Origin: Ferruginibacter sp.
Lineage (GTDB): Bacteria > Bacteroidota > Bacteroidia > Chitinophagales > Chitinophagaceae
DNA: 47,691 nt
NCBI GenBank assembly: GCA_043719495.1
Contig: JAYSTT010000250.1
Coordinates: 1-47,691, forward strand
Direction: 5' to 3'
Shown here: positions 1 through 8,781 of the stretch, piece after piece
Layout of the letters: each line of letters starts with the position of its first letter
Position numbering within the stretch: the first letter of the stretch is position 1
The notes under the pieces: model-generated
Databases searched by the model: none
The model's input: only the letters and a program-made list of their open reading frames with translations
Told to the model about the DNA's origin: nothing
Made by a program: the position numbers and the translations under genes

Positions 1-559
1 GTTTTCTTAATACTATAATTGCAAAAATGCTGTTTTTAAATAACTGGCCTTGAATTTTTTGTAAAGTGGGATATTTAGTCAAGGCATTTTCTTCACATGC
101 CTTCAATAATTTCAAATCAAGACCTTTGCCCAAATGTTTAACAGAAATGTACATATATTCCAGTTGAAGCACCATTGGCTCTCTTTCCGCTTGTATGTCT
201 TTAACTATATGCACTTTTGTTCTAAAAAATTCAATACTTGCTTTTTCAAAAGTGCTAAAAATTAAATTTGATTTCAGAATTTGTGATGGTAAATCCTCAA
301 AACTTTCTATCCATGTACTTATTGTTGCCACCGCTTCTCCATCATATTCAGCTACTATGAAACTACTTAGTGACAATTCACACCCGTCGATTTCTTCTTC
401 TAGTATAGTTGCCAGCAGTGTTTTTACCTTATTTTCAGTCAAGTTAAATAAAGTAGAAAAGCTTAATTTATTGGATCTCCCTTTTTCGGCAGCAATTATT
501 GCCTCTGCCAAAAAAGGAATATCGGATTTTGTTGCCTTCCTAATTATATATTCGCTCAT
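1..559 (-). CDS. GNAT-like acyltransferase, paralog of 912..1571 (3' end runs off the window; not in the ORF track)
   Basis: Hand translation from the ATG at 559 gives MSEYIIRKATKSDIPFLAEAIIAAEKGRSNKLSFSTLFNL...EEEIDGCELSLSSFIVAEYDGEAVA...LQLEYMYISVKHLGKGL...QLFKNSIFAI. It is open to the edge and colinear with the 219-aa ORF. Confidence 0.85.
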   Translation of the reverse strand, partial: MSEYIIRKATKSDIPFLAEAIIAAEKGRSNKLSFSTLFNLTENKVKTLLATILEEEIDGCELSLSSFIVAEYDGEAVATISTWIESFEDLPSQILKSNLIFSTFEKASIEFFRTKVHIVKDIQAEREPMVLQLEYMYISVKHLGKGLDLKLLKACEENALTKYPTLQKIQGQLFKNSIFAIIVLRK

Positions 560-662
560 GCTTAATAATTAATACGGGGGTTTTCTGTATGTTGAGCAAT
601 CTAATCTTACTTGAATTTTTGTAAAAAGAAAATATACAAAAGCCCGGGTTAATAAAAGGTAG

Positions 663-902
663 TTATAATTTGGAACTGATAATCGATATCATATCGCCTA
701 CATTTAGCATTTTATTTAAGTCTTTTAGTTTAAACTTAATTGTAAATTCACTTTCAACTTCGGTTATTAAAAGCATATGAGACAAAGAATCCCAGTTTTC
801 TACAGTAAGGGCACTAAGCTCGTCTGTTAATATAAGTGTATTATCTCCAAATACTTTTCTAAAAATCGGTGTTAACCTGTTTACAATTTCATTCTTTTCC
901 AT
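663..902 (-). CDS. Acyl/aminoacyl carrier protein
   Basis: 79 aa with a phosphopantetheine attachment motif WDSLSH and C-terminal NVGDM; near an adenylation enzyme. Confidence 0.9.
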   Translation of the reverse strand: MEKNEIVNRLTPIFRKVFGDNTLILTDELSALTVENWDSLSHMLLITEVESEFTIKFKLKDLNKMLNVGDMISIISSKL

Positions 903-911
903 CTTATTGTA

Positions 912-1571
912 TTAATATGTTTTTTCCATTAAAATTTTTTCGTTAAAAGACAAGTATTCAAGTATCTCGCTATTCCCTGATTTATATGACTTAATAATTT
1001 TGAACCCTTTTTTTGATGCCATTTTAATAGCAAAAATGTTATTTTTAAATAGCTGGCATTGAGCTTTTTGCAAATCCGGGTATTTTGCTAATGCATATTC
1101 TTCATTTTTCCTTATTAATTCTACATCCAATCCTTTACCCAAATGTTTATCAGTAATATGCATGTATTCAAATTGAAGTGTTTGCGGCTCCCTGGGTATT
1201 AAAATATCCTTAACTAAATAAGATTTTGTTTTTAAATACTCAATACTCTCCTTTTTAAATACATAGGAAATTAAATTTGACTTCAATATTTGTGACGACA
1301 TTACCCCGTTAAATCCTTCTATCCATGCACCAGATGCAGCTACCGCCTCTCCCTGGTATTCTGCCACTAAAAAGCTACTAAGCGATAATTCGCATCCATC
1401 AACTTCTTCTTCAAACATTTTAATAATCAGATCTTTTACTTCATTCTCAGATAAATTGAACAGGGTGGAATAACTCAATTTATCCGACATCCCTTTTTCT
1501 GCTGCAATAACAACATCTACCACAAAAGGAATATCCTTTATTACAGCATTTCGAATTAAATATTCATTCAT
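912..1571 (-). CDS. GNAT-like acyltransferase
   Basis: N-terminal IRNA..KDIP, VAEYQGEAVAA strand, motif-A-like HLGKGL, C-terminal N..AI..ASKKGF. Overlaps the stop codon of the adenylation gene. Confidence 0.7.
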   Translation of the reverse strand: MNEYLIRNAVIKDIPFVVDVVIAAEKGMSDKLSYSTLFNLSENEVKDLIIKMFEEEVDGCELSLSSFLVAEYQGEAVAASGAWIEGFNGVMSSQILKSNLISYVFKKESIEYLKTKSYLVKDILIPREPQTLQFEYMHITDKHLGKGLDVELIRKNEEYALAKYPDLQKAQCQLFKNNIFAIKMASKKGFKIIKSYKSGNSEILEYLSFNEKILMEKTY

Positions 1572-3064
1572 TTCTGAGTATTTTTGAGTAAAAGACTCAA
1601 TTTATTTCGATCAGTTTTTCCGTTACTATTTAGAGGAAATACTTCTTCAAAAATTATAACTCTGGGCATCATATATGCTGGCATTTTTGTTTTCATATAA
1701 TTTTTCAATGCTGTTGTGTCAAACTCTTTTGATTCAATCAACAAACCAATCTCTGTATTTCCTAATGTATCCATAGAAGCAGTTGCTACAACATTTACAG
1801 TTTCTAAAAACGATTTTACATGAAATTCAATTTCAGAAAGTTCTACTCTGAATCCCTGTACCTTTACCTGATTATCTAACCGGCCAATATAAAGAATATC
1901 TTCTTCCTTATCAAGTTTACACAAATCTCCTGTTTTGTAAAATCTTACTTGTTTTCCATTATAATTTGTGTAAAAAAAAGCTTCTTTATTTTTTTCGGGA
2001 TTATTCCAATAACCCGGAGTTAATTGAATCCCACCTAAACACAGTTGTCCGGTATTACCTGCTGGCAATACTTGATTATTTTCATCAATAATTATAGTTA
2101 CTGAACCATTCATTGCTTTTCCGATGGAAACTAAACCGTTATAAGATTTATTACTTGCTATTTTACTATAAGTAAAGTGTGTGCAAAAAATTGTGTCTTC
2201 TGTAGGGCCATATACATTTAATATTTTAGAATTGGGCAAACATTTGGCCCACTCCTCTGTTACATCAAGAGATAATGCCTCGCCACAAAACAAATTATAT
2301 TTCATATCTGGAAGATCAATTTCCTTAAAATATGGGCGAAGGTATTGAAGTATAGATGGCACCATTAATGCTACAGTAATTTTTTTATTTTCCATTAATT
2401 CATAAATATAACTATACTTTATTGCCTCTTTTGGAATAGTATAAATACAAGCGCCTTTAAGAATTGGAATAAGGTAGGACATTACTGAGAGATCAAACGT
2501 AAGTTCAAACATTTGCAGGCACCTGTCATCTTCATTTATATCTAACCCTAATGAATCAAAAGCAGTAACAAAACCAGTTAGGTTAGCCCTTGTAATTGGT
2601 ACACCCTTAGGTTGACCAGTAGTTCCTGAAGTAAATAAAATATACACCAACTCCTCGTTACTTACCTCTTTAGGTGTTAAATTAATTGCTGTTTCGGGTA
2701 ATTTTTTACTTAAAATAAGTTTGGTATTTTTAATTAAGGGCTCATATGATGAATCAATAATGGTTTTTACAAATGCCTGTTGAATGATATTGTCATTCCT
2801 ATCCTTTGGCATATTTGGCTCTATTGGTACATAGGCTTTTCCTTCTAACCATAGCGCAATTATAGCTGAATAGGTTTCAATATCATCATTTGCGACAAGT
2901 CCCAAAATTTTTTCACTTTCGCTGGTATTAGTGTTAATAGCCTCCCGTATTTTAGAAATTGTTTTTGCAAAATGGAGATAGCTGTATGCAATTGAGTTAA
3001 ATACAAAAGCATTTCTCTCGCAGTTTTTATTTATTATATTTTGAATTTGAAGGAATAATTTCAT
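1568..3064 (-). CDS. Stand-alone amino acid adenylation enzyme, DltA-like (D-alanine--carrier protein ligase family)
   Basis: A-domain core motifs YILFTSGTTGQPKG, FDLSVM, FCGEAL, NVYGPTE, YKTGD, QVKVQGFRVELSEIE, PLNSNGKTDR. Confidence 0.88.
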   Translation of the reverse strand: MKLFLQIQNIINKNCERNAFVFNSIAYSYLHFAKTISKIREAINTNTSESEKILGLVANDDIETYSAIIALWLEGKAYVPIEPNMPKDRNDNIIQQAFVKTIIDSSYEPLIKNTKLILSKKLPETAINLTPKEVSNEELVYILFTSGTTGQPKGVPITRANLTGFVTAFDSLGLDINEDDRCLQMFELTFDLSVMSYLIPILKGACIYTIPKEAIKYSYIYELMENKKITVALMVPSILQYLRPYFKEIDLPDMKYNLFCGEALSLDVTEEWAKCLPNSKILNVYGPTEDTIFCTHFTYSKIASNKSYNGLVSIGKAMNGSVTIIIDENNQVLPAGNTGQLCLGGIQLTPGYWNNPEKNKEAFFYTNYNGKQVRFYKTGDLCKLDKEEDILYIGRLDNQVKVQGFRVELSEIEFHVKSFLETVNVVATASMDTLGNTEIGLLIESKEFDTTALKNYMKTKMPAYMMPRVIIFEEVFPLNSNGKTDRNKLSLLLKNTQK

Positions 3065-3184
3065 AAATCTGTTATATAAAATATAATATACTCCGTTAAA
3101 GAAAATTGCCGGGTGCAGTAATCATTCAATTTCATCATTATAATTTGTTAGCTTGCTACTGTAAATGAGGAAAAATATTTTGAA

Positions 3185-3620
3185 CTACAATTTTAGTATA
3201 TACTTTTTTGAGTCACTAGATTTTAAATGCCACGGGTCAGTAGATAACGACGGATTAGAAGCAAATATTGTATCAATTGTAGATCCTAAAAATCAATACC
3301 ATATCTTTTGCAATTTCTTTCCCTTTACTTACTGAATAATCTGCATTTCTAAACTTTTTGAAATAAGGTGATGCAAATACAAATAATTTAATCCCATTCC
3401 TTTTGCAATACTCAATAAAATTTTTGTAGTAGATAATTTTATTAGTCCCCGGATTGTTATTGCTGAATTTAACAGAATCATTTTTGATGAGTTCATTCCA
3501 GATATTTGTTAATGGAACATATCCTCCCATATCTCCGCTTCTTTTTTTACTTAACACAATATTTCCAATTATTATTACTAAAGAATTGAAAAGCATAAAT
3601 TATTTTATAGTCTTTAAACA
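3185..3620 (-). pseudogene. Degraded C-terminal remnant of an SGNH/DltD-like acyltransferase partner protein
   Basis: Pieces in shifting frames: FNSL..IIGN...GYVPL...IKLFVFASPY...KEIAKD / GIDF*D / DTIFASNPSLSTDPWHL. They contain a DxxH motif at 3227-3238; there is no N-terminal half. Confidence 0.6.
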
Positions 3621-3660
3621 AGACCCTAACCATAAAAATATTATACCTGATAGAAAATAA

Positions 3661-4971
3661 TTATATATTTTCCCATTTTGCAAAATTTACTTTAATAACT
3701 TTTTTACATATTACTGCAATCCAAATTAATAAGATAGGAACTATTATTGTAAACATTCTGGTTTCGGCACTTCCAAAAATACTTCCACCTAAATATATTA
3801 AAGCAAAAAAGAATAAAAACCGAATTGAAAAGTTAACCTTACTCCAATTTCTTAATGCAGGAAGCATACAAAATAATATCAATGCAATTATAACTCCATT
3901 AAAGGGCAATCTTATCAAAGTGTCTGGATCTTGAAACTTATAAGAATATGGGAAATTAAAAAGGATTCTTCCCAGATTACTTATACAATTCTTGATGAAT
4001 TTAACAGGATGATTTTTGATGTTTTCTACAGCAATTCTCTTAAATGCATCATCTTTTTGTACTTTGGTATATCGGGTAATTTCTTTAAAATTATTTTGAT
4101 GGCCAACTTTCAAATCTTCTTCATAATTGCTTGCCATATCTTTTAAAAACCCTGAGTCCACCCCCCTCCCCACAGGAGTATTTTCTAAAACATCAGGAAA
4201 CCAACTGCCATATTCTTTTTCATGTGGTGTAGTCATCCAATACAAACTGGTTCCACCAAATGAACTCATATAGAAAATTTTACCTGAAAGGTTATAGGAG
4301 TAGATTAGATATGGTGTAATAGTTGCAAGAGAGACTATTAAAATAAGTAACGCCTGCCGATAAACTTTAACATTTCGCTTTATTAACCAACATACCATTA
4401 CTCCTGCAAACAATACTAAAAGAACATAACCAAATATTGGTTTTGTAAGCACAATATACCCGAAAGTAATACCAGAAATCCATAAGTATTTTCCAGGTTT
4501 TACACCAGTAAAAGCATTTATTACTGCATATGCCAGTAAACATATCAGAAACGAAACCAAAGTCTCTGGAAGGATTTTAATAATACATTCATACATATTT
4601 AGATAAAACCCCCAAAATAAACAAACTAACATTGTTGCTTTGAAAGTGGCTAACTTTTGGAGTGTTTTAAATATAAGAATGATAGAAAAATAAAAAAGCA
4701 ACCCATTAAGAAGTGTTATGCAAATCAAGGGTAATTCTAACGCTACAAAAGGTATTAAAATTAATGCGTATCCGGGGCCGTTACCCAAAACATCAAAATT
4801 CTCTTCCCCAACAGGGAAATTTCCGTGCAGCATATAATTTACATGTATAATATACCTGCTTTCATCCCCAAATTTTGCGTTAGTAGGAAAAAATAAAACC
4901 ACGAAAATGTAGAGTACTAAAAATGGAAGAAATATTATGAAAGGATTTTTTTTAAATTTGGTGTAACTCAT
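3661..4971 (-). CDS. Multi-TM GT-C fold glycosyltransferase (ArnT/PMT-like, GT39/GT83-like)
   Basis: About 10 hydrophobic segments. DE..Y follows TM1 (GDESRY), then PGY, ETL, and C-terminal ETRM...IVP. Confidence 0.7.
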   Translation of the reverse strand: MSYTKFKKNPFIIFLPFLVLYIFVVLFFPTNAKFGDESRYIIHVNYMLHGNFPVGEENFDVLGNGPGYALILIPFVALELPLICITLLNGLLFYFSIILIFKTLQKLATFKATMLVCLFWGFYLNMYECIIKILPETLVSFLICLLAYAVINAFTGVKPGKYLWISGITFGYIVLTKPIFGYVLLVLFAGVMVCWLIKRNVKVYRQALLILIVSLATITPYLIYSYNLSGKIFYMSSFGGTSLYWMTTPHEKEYGSWFPDVLENTPVGRGVDSGFLKDMASNYEEDLKVGHQNNFKEITRYTKVQKDDAFKRIAVENIKNHPVKFIKNCISNLGRILFNFPYSYKFQDPDTLIRLPFNGVIIALILFCMLPALRNWSKVNFSIRFLFFFALIYLGGSIFGSAETRMFTIIVPILLIWIAVICKKVIKVNFAKWENI

Positions 4972-5003
4972 GATTGAAATTATATTATATTAAATATTAA
5001 ATA

Positions 5004-6059
5004 TTAAATCTCCATGCTTCTATTTTTCTCTTTTAAAGATGTACCTAAATGGAAAAGTTCCTCAAAATACCTTTTACTTTGAAGCGACAAAAATCCCAAA
5101 CTCAGAAACTGAATTGCAATTATAAATGTTATACCTCCCACCAGGAAAGATTGCGGATTTTTTTTAAATTGAAGACTAAGGCTTTGGGAAAATGATGTAT
5201 TTGACCCCGATGATAATACCTCATTTAATTTAGTTATATCTGATAGCGTATCATACAGCAACCACACCAACTCATACAAAGAAAGTACCATTAAAAAAAC
5301 TCCTATTCCCATAAAAAAAATGTAAGGCCTAAAAATAAAGCCAGACATCAATCCCGAAAAAAAACTTCTAAGTACTCTTAAGCTTGAAGTTCGTTTACCA
5401 GCGAATTTATTTTGTTCTGTCCAATCTAAATTTGCAGGTATTTCAATTATTTTTGCCCTCAATATCATTGCCTTGTAAATGATTTCAGGATTAATCTCAT
5501 AATCTCTGGATTTAAGGTTTAGGGTCTGTACAAATTCTTTACGGTATGCCCGTACCATACCTGTAAATGTGTGGTATTTATCCTGTGCAGCAAAGCTCAT
5601 AAATTTATTTACCCAGTTACTCATGATTCTTCTAAAAAAAGGTACAGCTATTACTTTACCGCCTTTCATATATGGCGATGCCATAGCAATGTCTGCACTC
5701 GTTTCAATAAGTTTATCTACCATAATTTCAATGTACTCCACATCATAGCTTAAATCAATATCAAGCACAACAAAAATGTCTCCTTTTGAATTATTAAAAC
5801 CTGTCTTTATAGCTGTTCCAAGGTTTAAATTGTTAGGGTGATGAATAACCCTAACAAAATTATTTAGATTTGAAAGTTGGTTGGCGATTTCCGGAGTTTT
5901 ATCTTTACTTCCATCATTAACTATAACAATTTCCCAATTATATTTATAACTTTTTGTCTCTAAGTAAGTGATAATTTTTTTTATATTAACCTCTAGGATT
6001 GCCTCTTCATTATAACATGGTGCAATAATACTAACATAAGACTTACTTTGATTTGTCAT
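5004..6059 (-). CDS. GT2 polyprenyl-phosphate glycosyltransferase (DPM1/GtrB/ArnC-like)
   Basis: IIAPCYNEE, VNDGSKD, DID (DxD) motif, and two C-terminal TM helices. Confidence 0.88.
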   Translation of the reverse strand: MTNQSKSYVSIIAPCYNEEAILEVNIKKIITYLETKSYKYNWEIVIVNDGSKDKTPEIANQLSNLNNFVRVIHHPNNLNLGTAIKTGFNNSKGDIFVVLDIDLSYDVEYIEIMVDKLIETSADIAMASPYMKGGKVIAVPFFRRIMSNWVNKFMSFAAQDKYHTFTGMVRAYRKEFVQTLNLKSRDYEINPEIIYKAMILRAKIIEIPANLDWTEQNKFAGKRTSSLRVLRSFFSGLMSGFIFRPYIFFMGIGVFLMVLSLYELVWLLYDTLSDITKLNEVLSSGSNTSFSQSLSLQFKKNPQSFLVGGITFIIAIQFLSLGFLSLQSKRYFEELFHLGTSLKEKNRSMEI

Positions 6060-6064
6060 AAAAT

Positions 6065-6709
6065 CTATGGTTTTTTTAATTTATAATGTGTATAAACTGG
6101 AAATAATTTCCCCGCTATTGGTATCATATACCCCTTTTTCTGCACTATAAAATTTTGCTCCAGCATCTTGGCCACACTTTGTCTTGCATTCCCAAATTCG
6201 TCTTTAGGTTTTTTGGTAGTATATAACGCTAAAAAGAAATCGAGCAATTTACTTTCCATCGGACAAATGGTTATAAATACGCCATCCTTTTTAAGTATTC
6301 GTTTAATTTCCTCCAATGCTTTAGGAACATCTGGCACAAACTCAAGTACACTTACAGCCACCACAACATCAAAATACTGATCTGGATAATTAGTTGTTTC
6401 TATACTTTGGGTGCTAAGATCATAATTACTGATACCATATTGTTTGCACAGGGAATGTATATTGTCAAAATTAGAATGAATATCACAGGCGCAAATTCTG
6501 TCACAATGCTTCGACAACTCCGGAATAAATATTCCGCTTCCAGTTCCTACCTCAAGTAAAGTTGAATATTTTTTTTCTCCAAGAAGTTGTACAATTCTTT
6601 TAAAACGATACAACTGTATATACTTGATAGGAAATTTATAATTCCAGTAATAATAATCCACAGCACCTGTCTTGGATAGCTGATTTATGTCAGGGATTGT
6701 CAATTTCAT
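6065..6709 (-). CDS. Class I SAM-dependent methyltransferase
   Basis: LEVGTGSG motif I, FDVVV..SVLE, RILKKDG. Confidence 0.88.
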   Translation of the reverse strand: MKLTIPDINQLSKTGAVDYYYWNYKFPIKYIQLYRFKRIVQLLGEKKYSTLLEVGTGSGIFIPELSKHCDRICACDIHSNFDNIHSLCKQYGISNYDLSTQSIETTNYPDQYFDVVVAVSVLEFVPDVPKALEEIKRILKKDGVFITICPMESKLLDFFLALYTTKKPKDEFGNARQSVAKMLEQNFIVQKKGYMIPIAGKLFPVYTHYKLKKP

Positions 6710-6744
6710 ATATTAATTTGTTTTCAAACTGCTAATAAGGTTTC

Positions 6745-7812
6745 TTAATATACTTTTCCTAATTTAATATTATTAATAATATCGAGCATCTTTACTGTTA
6801 CATTTTCTCCAAAAATATTTTCGTTTTGTTTAGGTAATTCAAAACCAGCGATTTTTTCAGTGATATTATTGTCAAAAGGATTTATAAGTAAGTTCCATTG
6901 TTCATTAACTGTTTCTACCCATTCCGTTTCTGTTCGTAAAGTAATACAGGGTTTTTTTAGTATGTAGGCCTCTTTTTGAATGCCTCCCGAATCAGTAATG
7001 ATCTTTGAAGCGGCCTGTTCCAATGCAATAAAATCCAGATAGCCCTTTGGCTCTGTTATCTCTATATTGGCAGGAATGGTATAGCCCTTGGGAAGCATTT
7101 TTTTTGTTCTTGGATGTATCGGGAAAATAATTATTTCGCCCAAGCTACCCAACTGGGTAAGTATATGCTCCATGATACCACTGTCGTCAACATTATAATG
7201 CCGGTGCAAAGTAAGTAAATTAAATTTTTTGTTTTCCAGCTGCATGTCAGCAATAACAGTTGACTTTTCTGCAGCAACGGCAATACTGTTTTTAATCGTA
7301 TCTACCATTATATCACCGGTAAGATAAGTTTCTTTGGTCAACCCTTCATTACTAAGGTTTGCTACCGCAGTTTGAGTAGGTGCAAAAAGATAACTAGATA
7401 CATGATCTGTAATAATGCGGTTGATCTCTTCGGGCATCGTTCTGTTAAAGCTTCTCAGTCCAGCTTCTATATGTATAATAGGGATATTCTGTTTTGCAGC
7501 AATCAGGGCTCCGGCTAAAGTGGAGTTGGTATCGCCAAATACAATTACGGCGTCTGGCTTTTTGGATATTATTTCAGCTTCCAGTTTCAGCATCATTTCG
7601 GTTATTTGCTGAGTTTGATGACCGGCACCCACTTCTAAATGAATATCTGGTTTTCTTATACCAAGGTCGGAAAAAATTTGTTCTGACATGGCATAATCAT
7701 AATGCTGACCAGTATGGACAATATACTCCTGATGCACATTTTTCAATGCAGCTGATAAAGGGGCCAGTTTTATAAATTGAGGTCTTGCGCCTACTATTGA
7801 AAAAATCTTCAT
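6745..7812 (-). CDS. wecB: UDP-N-acetylglucosamine 2-epimerase (non-hydrolysing), copy 2
   Basis: GARPQFIK, HTGQHYD, GDTNST, HIEAGLRS, PEEINR, TDSGGIQKEA. Confidence 0.92.
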   Translation of the reverse strand: MKIFSIVGARPQFIKLAPLSAALKNVHQEYIVHTGQHYDYAMSEQIFSDLGIRKPDIHLEVGAGHQTQQITEMMLKLEAEIISKKPDAVIVFGDTNSTLAGALIAAKQNIPIIHIEAGLRSFNRTMPEEINRIITDHVSSYLFAPTQTAVANLSNEGLTKETYLTGDIMVDTIKNSIAVAAEKSTVIADMQLENKKFNLLTLHRHYNVDDSGIMEHILTQLGSLGEIIIFPIHPRTKKMLPKGYTIPANIEITEPKGYLDFIALEQAASKIITDSGGIQKEAYILKKPCITLRTETEWVETVNEQWNLLINPFDNNITEKIAGFELPKQNENIFGENVTVKMLDIINNIKLGKVY

Positions 7813-8781
7813 TTAACTGGTTTTGGGTTCAATTTCTTTTAGATCTGTTGCAAAGTGTTTTGAAAATTCAGACATTGGGAGCAGTTCAAATTTTTTTTTT
7901 AACATGGTAAAGGCAGTTTCGAACACTTCAAGTTTTTTTTCGCTTTTGATATTCATACCAGGAAAAAAAGATAATTGGGGTACATCATCACCGCCAATTA
8001 AATCAAGCGGATGTAATAAATAACTGGGTGGTGTTTTAGTTAGTTTGCACATCATTATAGCAAACCATAAATACAGTTTCATTAAACCTTTCGAAACGCC
8101 ACTGATATATAACAAATAACTTTGGTGAAAAGGCAATTTAAATACAGGCATAGTGGTTACCGGTATTTCCAGTAATTTTTTACTATTGTTCAATTTCCAG
8201 TGATAAGGTTTAAGCGGAAAAAATCCTTCCCTGAAAGAACCAAACAATTCCTTTCGGCTTTCCTTTTGCTCTTTGGTAAGCTTTGATTTGGCAAAATAAT
8301 AACGCCGCATCAAAGGTGAAATATAAGATGGCAAAGTAGAGGCATCAAAAAGATAATTTCGTTTTTGCAGCACTTCCAGCAAATCATTGCTCCAGCTAAA
8401 GCCCGGCCCTCTAAACATATTGGTACGTACTCCGGTAGCGATCAAGATCGCTTCCTCGGCATTTATAATTTCTGCTTCTATTTTTTCTTTAGAATAGGTT
8501 TTCAACCAGCTTTCATGGTGAAAAGAGTGATTGCCAATTTCGTGACCTCTTTCAATAATACTTTTTAATATTTTATGATTTTTTTCAATTGCAGCATCCT
8601 GACCTACAACAAAAAAAGTAATTTTAATATCCAGTTTATCAAATACATCTAAAAATATTGGTACAACAATATCTAAATATGAAGGAAAAGTTTCCCAACC
8701 TTCATCGCCATGTACTTTCATGTAAGTCCATTGATCATCTAGGTCAAGTGAAATGCTTGCAGGTATTTTTTTCTTTGCCAT
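7813..8781 (-). CDS. Polysaccharide deacetylase (CE4/NodB-like)
   Basis: SLDLDD, ITFFVVG, GHEIGNHSFHH, FRGPG. Confidence 0.88.
   Translation of the reverse strand: MAKKKIPASISLDLDDQWTYMKVHGDEGWETFPSYLDIVVPIFLDVFDKLDIKITFFVVGQDAAIEKNHKILKSIIERGHEIGNHSFHHESWLKTYSKEKIEAEIINAEEAILIATGVRTNMFRGPGFSWSNDLLEVLQKRNYLFDASTLPSYISPLMRRYYFAKSKLTKEQKESRKELFGSFREGFFPLKPYHWKLNNSKKLLEIPVTTMPVFKLPFHQSYLLYISGVSKGLMKLYLWFAIMMCKLTKTPPSYLLHPLDLIGGDDVPQLSFFPGMNIKSEKKLEVFETAFTMLKKKFELLPMSEFSKHFATDLKEIEPKTS

Noticed and set aside
195-572. 125-aa plus-strand ORF
   Set aside because: Antisense shadow of the real minus-strand GNAT-like gene (1..559).
663-3064. NRPS secondary-metabolite cluster
   Set aside because: There are no condensation, thioesterase or PKS domains. 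The motifs are DltA-like and the context is a polysaccharide locus.
7891-7900. T10 tract in the deacetylase, plus A9 tracts at 25110, 26781 and 34472, as phase-variation switches
   Set aside because: All frames are intact and such runs are expected in AT-rich DNA. Two lie near gene 3' ends, and there is no read-level evidence.
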